NCBI GenBank assembly: GCA_963843975.1
Contig: CAWJMG010000002.1
Location: 1 to 15,384 of the forward strand
DNA length: 15,384 bases
From: an uncultured Actinomycetes bacterium
Lineage (GTDB): Bacteria; Actinomycetota; Actinomycetes; S36-B12; CAIYMF01
Reading direction: 5' to 3'
Shown here: positions 15,257 through 15,384 of the stretch, in pieces
Numbering within the stretch: position 1 is the stretch's first letter
Layout: each line of letters starts with the position of its first letter
Notes under the pieces: generated by a model
What the model was told of the DNA's origin: nothing
Seen by the model: the letters and a program-made list of their open reading frames with translations, nothing else
Database searches by the model: none
Made by a program: the position numbers and the translations under genes

Positions 15257-15384
15257 ATGGAAGTTACGCAGGATTTATCGTTTATACATCTGATCAGCAA
15301 TGCCAGCGTGCTGGTGCAACTGGTGATGGGGCTGCTGCTGCTGGTGTCGATGATGTCGTGGTGGTACATCTTTCTCAAGATGTT
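15257..15384 (+). CDS. tolQ: TolQ/ExbB-family proton-channel protein, 5' partial (runs off the window)
   Basis: ATG at 15257 lies 6 nt after AAGGGGAG. Translation MEVTQDLSFIHLISNASVLVQLVMGLLLLVSMMSWWYIFLKM matches the TolQ N-terminus plus first TM pattern (compare Pseudomonas TolQ ...SLVSNASVVVQLVML...). It lies downstream of the ybgC fragment. Confidence 0.75.
   Translation, partial: MEVTQDLSFIHLISNASVLVQLVMGLLLLVSMMSWWYIFLKM

Noticed and set aside
14889-15384. Genuine horizontal transfer of ybgC-tolQ into an actinobacterium through the integrase
   Set aside because: The join destroys the integrase catalytic domain and truncates ybgC at the same nucleotide. No att-like or IS-like ends flank it, and the Tol system has no role in a monoderm host. 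I therefore treat it as a chimeric join until read evidence says otherwise.

Overview
About 14.9 kb of this window is very GC-rich, gene-dense chromosome that looks actinobacterial, judged from codon GC3 bias, protein families and GTG starts. The last ~0.5 kb is unrelated mid/low-GC sequence that looks proteobacterial. Left to right: an APC-family amino-acid permease (-); a small winged-helix regulator (-); and, divergent from it, a DAB-type inorganic-carbon pump locus (+). In that locus the NuoL-like DabB module and the DUF2309 DabA module share one frame with no stop codon between them, and DabA carries an apparent +1 frame break near 4200. Next come a 4HB-HAMP methyl-accepting chemotaxis protein (+) and a convergent GH13 alpha-glucosidase-type hydrolase (-). 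Upstream of that, on the same strand, is an operon of HisKA_3 sensor kinase plus NarL/LuxR response regulator (-). This operon is preceded by a 46-codon ORF absent from the supplied track, which has a strong RBS and a Sec-type signal peptide. A class I SAM methyltransferase (-) follows. Then comes a repeat-rich non-coding stretch holding only the 3' part of a tRNA-Gly(CCC), a 24-bp hairpin and two direct repeats that contain relics of the tRNA 3' end. Next to it is a tyrosine integrase gene (+), which suggests the edge of an integrated element. The integrase loses its catalytic C-terminus at ~14888, where it runs in frame into the 3' end of a ybgC-like thioesterase gene. That is followed by two inverted 25-bp ATTCCC-N8-GGGAAT (dRS3-like) repeats and the 5' end of tolQ. 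I read this join as a chimeric or artefactual junction, not as biology. I found no CRISPR array and no intact RNA gene. All homology calls rest on motif recognition by eye; no searches were run.
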